This document shows, piece after piece, positions 23,001 through 26,437 of a stretch of DNA of 58,782 nucleotides (the stretch's first letter is position 1; each line of letters opens with the position of its first letter). Origin of the DNA: an uncultured Planctomycetaceae bacterium (GTDB lineage Bacteria; Planctomycetota; Planctomycetia; Pirellulales; Thermoguttaceae); assembly GCA_964430315.1 (NCBI GenBank), contig CAYSGY010000002.1, positions 1-58,782 on the forward strand, written 5' to 3'. The translations under genes and the position numbers were made by a program. A model generated the notes under the pieces. It was not told the DNA's origin and made no database searches. It saw only the letters and a list, made by a program, of their open reading frames with translations.

Positions 23001-25798
23001 TTGATGGCGTCGACCATTGCCTGGGCAACCCCGTCGGGCGTGTTGGCGTAGGTGGTCCCGATCGGGATGCGGACGTTCGCCGGCGTCCACGCGGAGTTCG
23101 TGTCGAACTCGAAGGTGAGCGTGCTGGATTCGTCGGCGAGGGTGAACCTCCTCCCATCCTGGATGGTCGCCGCGGTCAGGGTCCGGCCGTAGTTGTCGTT
23201 GTCGAAGTTGTTGCCGACGATCCGCACGATGTCGCCCTCGTTGGCTGCGGCAAGGGCTTCGGAGATTGTCGTGTAGGGGTTGGTCGCGCTGCCTAAGGTC
23301 CCCGTCCTCTGGGAAGCGATCTTGTCGACGAACAGGGTCTTGTTCCCCGTCCCGTCGACCGCGTTGAACCAGAAGTCGTAGTGGCCCCCGGCCGCCCCGT
23401 CACTGTCGCCGTCCAAGGCGTTGGGGGTCCCGGCGGATGGATTGTCGACAATGCTCTGGGCGGCGTCGGGCTGGATCGTCAGACGCAGGTCGTAGAGGCC
23501 CTGCGACCTGCCACCCATCCCGGTATCCGGCGACTCGGGATCGAAAGCGTCGTTGCCGCTCGCCGTGACTGCGACGTAGTAGGTGCCGCCGTCGAGGTGA
23601 AGCGAGAGGAAGGAGTCCTTGCCGAAGTAGTCGTCGTTGCGGGCGACCACCTCATGATTGCTGTTGTAGAGCGTCACCAGCGTATCCAGCGCGTTGGACG
23701 ACGACAGTCGCTGCGCGGTCGTCTCCACGCTGAACATGCCGGGGCCGGTCAGATCGAACCGATACAAATCGATGTCCCGGCTGTCGGGCCGGTGCATGTA
23801 CTCGCCGTGAATAATGTCCGCAGCGCCCGGATAGACCGGCTCCGTCGTATACCCGGTCGGCGGCGCGCCGCCGCCCATCGCCGTCCACGACGGCAGGTCG
23901 TAATCGTGCACGAAGCCCAAGTTGTGGCCGAGCTCGTGCATCGCCGTGGTGAACCAGTTGCCCCCGTAGGAATCGTCCCACGAGTTGCTGCTGTTCATGA
24001 TCACCATGCTGCCGTTGGAGATCCCGCCTGCGTTCCCCAACATCGGATCGACCACCCGCAGGTCGCCGGTCACGATCTGGTAGCTGCCCCCGCTTTCCAC
24101 TTCCTTGAACTGGACCCCGAGGTAGCGGCTGTAGAGTTCCAGGATCTCCCGGGTCCGCTGTTTCTGCTCCGCGTTGATCTGGTTGTGCAAAACCGTACCC
24201 GGCGGGTACTGCCCGTACACGTCGGGGAATGAATACGTGATTGCGTAGTCCCCCACTCCCGACGTCCCATCCGCCCCGCCGACGTGACTCTCATTGCCCT
24301 GGAGCGTCGAACCTGGAATCGTGATGTTCGGGGGAAGGCTGCGGGCGCCCGGGTCCCTCCGGCTGCCCGGCCACAAGAGCGGGTACTCGTCGCCCGTGGG
24401 AGGCGTAATCACCGCCGAAACCACGAGGCTCTGTGAGTTCGCCCCGGTAAACCCTGCCAACACGTCGGCGCCGGCGAAGGTGGAATTGCCAGCGGCGGTA
24501 TCGGTCCCGGCAGTCCACGTGCTGGTCGTGATGGTCTGGAATTCGTCCCCGACGCGCAGGCGGTAGCTGCCCGAGCCGAGCACGTCCGGAAAAGTCAACA
24601 CCGCTCGGTAAACGCCGGCGGGGGCGGTCGTGTCGGGGTAGACGACACTGACCGGAGGGATCCTGACGTCGTCCGTCGGGTTCGAGTTGTCGTTGAGGGC
24701 GAAGAGGCTGTAGAAGGCCGGGTTCTGCGCCGAAGAGCCCGTGGTGCCGGTATGGTAAACGTCCTCGCTGAAGTAGACCTCGATCGTCTTCCCCGACTGG
24801 ACGAGCTCACTATCGACAAACGTGAAACCGCTCGTGAGCGCGTCGACCTTGACGGCCGTCGTGCCGCCGTGGAACGTCAGTCGCGTGAGAAGGCCTGTCT
24901 CGGGATCGGCGGTGGGAGCATCCACCGTCACGCCAAACGTCGGGTGGGCGGTGTTGTAGGCATTGATGGCGTCGCGGGTCTTCGTGGCCACCGTTGCGGC
25001 ACTGTCGCCACTGGCCACCTTGATCTTGGTCTCCGAGGCCGCCCCCGTCGTATAGCTGAAGACGACGGTCTGCGTCCCGTTGGTGACCTGGAACTGCTTC
25101 GCCGTCGGACTGGTGAGCGACGCGCCGGTCCCGATCACGTCGAGCAACGAGTAGGGATTCAGCGAACCGTCGAGCAGCGGCTTGCGCGCGACCGGCTGTG
25201 GCACGACGGCCGTGACCTGCGGGCTCAAATCGACCGTGAACTGCAGGCTCGAAGTGTGCCCCGTATCGGCTAGGTTCTCTTGGCCGAACGCATAGCCCAG
25301 GTTGTTCCTGAGCTGGTTGGGGGCAGCATCCGGATCCCCGACGAACGTGATCCGGTAAAGGTCGTCGGGCAGCGTCTCGGCGAAGCGAACGATCACCTCG
25401 TTCCCCGCCAACTCGCTCAGGCCCTCCCAGCCGATGGCCACCGGCACGTCGGCCTTGGTGCTGGAGGCCCCGAAAGCGTTGTCGCCGCCGCTCCGCTCGA
25501 TGACGATGCCCTTGGCGATGGTGCTCGCATCGATGGTCTGCCCTTCCGTGAATCGGAGGGTCAACTCCGAGGGCATTTGGCGAAGCGTGCCGCCGGAGGC
25601 GAGGATCGTTCCTTGCTGAGGGATTACCGCAACGAGTTGCGGGCCGATGGCCAGGAGGGTCCGCTCTTCGCAGCGTTCCAGGCGCAACCCCCGCGGCTTG
25701 GAACGGCCGGCCTTGCGCGCGTCTTGCCCTCCGGCGCGCTGCCGCCGCGACCGCCCTGCCTTAGCCCTCGAATGACGCAGGAAATCCCAAATGCCCAT
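2066..25798 (-). CDS. Giant multidomain extracellular/cell-surface protein A (7,910 aa): leader motif, Ig-like, intact metzincin site, PPC domains, parallel beta-helix regions, TolB-like propeller, 9 GEVED modules, 12 cadherin-like/He_PIG repeats, C-terminal RTX repeats
   Basis: Uninterrupted 23,733-nt ORF ending in TAA at 2066..2068. The ATG at 25798 is preceded by GAGGAG (25805..25810) with a 6-nt spacer. The first residues MGIW and the leader are shared with the divergent paralog. Many recognisable domain signatures are listed as separate features. The alternative frames give Arg/Gly-rich nonsense typical of off-frame high-GC DNA. Confidence 0.95.
   Translation of the reverse strand: [7910 protein letters not shown]
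2330..2556 (-). other. RTX / hemolysin-type Ca-binding nonapeptide repeats near the C-terminus of giant A
   Basis: [74 protein letters not shown] contains several consecutive GGxGxDxUx units. About 90 further residues follow to the stop. Confidence 0.75.
2560..3725 (-). repeat. Two tandem ~193-aa units preceding the RTX block in giant A
   Basis: Unit 1 is [29 protein letters not shown]...[48 protein letters not shown]. Unit 2 is [25 protein letters not shown]...[48 protein letters not shown]. They are collinear at protein level with a period of about 580 nt. Confidence 0.7.
4124..7507 (-). repeat. 12 exact-length tandem repeats of 282 bp (94 aa), cadherin-like / He_PIG-type Ig repeats, inside giant A
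   Basis: Residues 6098-7225. The unit consensus is [87 protein letters not shown]. The phase was checked at both ends: Asn codon 7508..7510 precedes unit 1 and Ala codon 4121..4123 follows unit 12, so there are no indels in 3,384 nt. Identical runs of over 60 nt occur between neighbouring units, for example around 5950..6015 versus 6232..6297. Confidence 0.9.
11600..12020 (-). other. Lectin-like (malectin/CBM-like) beta-sandwich module nested in GEVED module 4 of giant A
   Basis: [37 protein letters not shown]...[29 protein letters not shown]...[13 protein letters not shown]...LDALIVT. It lies between the acidic D-x-S-G-D-D loop and the D-D-N-G-V strand of the host GEVED module. The family assignment is tentative. 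Confidence 0.5.
13305..13750 (-). other. Lectin-like (malectin/CBM-like) beta-sandwich module nested in GEVED module 2 of giant A
   Basis: [37 protein letters not shown]...[29 protein letters not shown]...[29 protein letters not shown]. It is inserted between ...YYGARHDV and [19 protein letters not shown] of the host module. Confidence 0.5.
15150..15700 (-). other. Parallel beta-helix (PbH1-like) repeats in giant A
   Basis: [15 protein letters not shown]...[13 protein letters not shown]...[10 protein letters not shown]...[10 protein letters not shown]...[30 protein letters not shown] shows the periodic N-N-x-[IV] / G-I-x-[VI] turns typical of right-handed beta-helices. Confidence 0.6.
15770..16600 (-). 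other. TolB-like (PD40) beta-propeller region in giant A
   Basis: Repeated blades: [121 protein letters not shown]. Confidence 0.7.
23474..23776 (-). other. Pre-peptidase C-terminal (PPC)-like domain following the metzincin domain of giant A
   Basis: Residues 675-775: [21 protein letters not shown]...[46 protein letters not shown]...GLYDLRLTI. Two further PPC-like segments occur later, for example [24 protein letters not shown].... Confidence 0.65.
23777..24241 (-). other. Metzincin-type Zn-metallopeptidase domain of giant A with an intact HExxHxxGxxH motif
   Basis: Residues 520-674: [13 protein letters not shown]...[20 protein letters not shown]. The motif [12 protein letters not shown] is encoded at 23903..23938 (His621, Glu622, His625, His631). 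Confidence 0.8.
25649..25693 (-). other. Leader motif [15 protein letters not shown] (residues 36-50 of giant A)
   Basis: Preceded by [35 protein letters not shown] (13 R/K in the first 40 residues) and followed by [13 protein letters not shown], which starts the Ig-like region. There is no classical hydrophobic signal core. Confidence 0.7.
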
Positions 25799-25804
25799 GG
25801 TTCA

Positions 25805-25810
25805 CTCCTC
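25805..25810 (-). promoter_or_regulatory. Shine-Dalgarno GAGGAG of giant A
   Basis: The minus strand reads GCGAGGAGTGAACCATG, with a 6-nt spacer to the ATG. Confidence 0.7.
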
Positions 25811-25882
25811 GCTGGGGCCCTGGCCTAGTAGCCAAGCGCGATGTGAAAAGAATCCCTGTCCCGAAGAAATACGCATGCTTGC

Positions 25883-25911
25883 CTGATAGGATAAATCCGC
25901 AAATCCGTCAA
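25883..25911 (-). promoter_or_regulatory. Sigma70-like promoter of giant A: TTGACG - 17 nt - TATCAG
   Basis: The minus strand of 25920..25878 reads GCAATTTCC TTGACG GATTTGCGGATTTATCC TATCAG GCAAG. It matches the element upstream of giant B at 34 of 43 positions, including 15 consecutive nt. The -10 ends 85 nt from the ATG. Confidence 0.6.
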
Positions 25912-25920
25912 GGAAATTGC

Positions 25921-26399
25921 GCGCGCTCCAATCGGTACTGATTAAAGCTCAGAAACCCAAGAAAATCAAGCACCAACCATCGCAAGCACTACATTTTGCT
26001 TAATCAAGCTAGTTGTTCCATCTGGTGCAACCATTCCATCTTCTCATCTCAAATGCCCCGCAAGGCCGACGAATCACTGTTCGTTTGTATCGTTTCCGGC
26101 CTGACAGGCATTGCTTTCATGCGCGATGAATGCCACTTCGGGAACCACCAGTCCGAATGGCCACGGGCCACCCTTGAGGGCAGTTCCTGCCGATGCGATT
26201 TGTGATGGGGGGGACGTACTCCATCGCCCATGAAGGTCGGCGTGGTGCCGGCGTCACGGTGCGGTGATTCGCCCGATGGAAAACACGAAGAGTGGAGAAT
26301 GTCAGGGCCATGGGTCGGATGTGGAAAATATGTGATCTGAGGGGTATGGGGTTGATTTTCCTGACATTTCGAGTTTTAATCGAACCGTCTGGGTTCTCT
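25921..26399. other. AT-rich (about 43-50% GC) non-coding core between the two mirrored promoters
   Basis: I hand-counted 47% GC for 25921..25980 and 43% for 25981..26040, against roughly 65% in the flanking coding DNA. It contains only short ORFs with atypical composition and several short inverted and direct repeats (TTCCATCT twice around 26016..26040; GGCATT..AATGCC at 26106..26133). Confidence 0.6.
26298..26368. promoter_or_regulatory. Split 14-nt inverted repeat upstream of the giant-B promoter
   Basis: The right arm ATTTTCCTGACATT (26355..26368) is the exact reverse complement of AATGTCAGG (26298..26306) plus GGAAAAT (26323..26329). The left arm is interrupted by 16 nt. It sits 41-111 nt upstream of the -35 hexamer of giant B, and no counterpart is seen on the giant-A side. 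Confidence 0.4.
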
Positions 26400-26408
26400 G
26401 CAAATTGT

Positions 26409-26437
26409 TTGACGGATTTGCGGCTTTCTTCTATCAA
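26409..26437 (+). promoter_or_regulatory. Sigma70-like promoter of giant B: TTGACG - 17 nt - TATCAA
   Basis: Plus strand 26400..26442 reads GCAAATTGT TTGACG GATTTGCGGCTTTCTTC TATCAA GACAG, the mirror copy of the giant-A element. The -10 ends 90 nt from the ATG. Confidence 0.6.
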
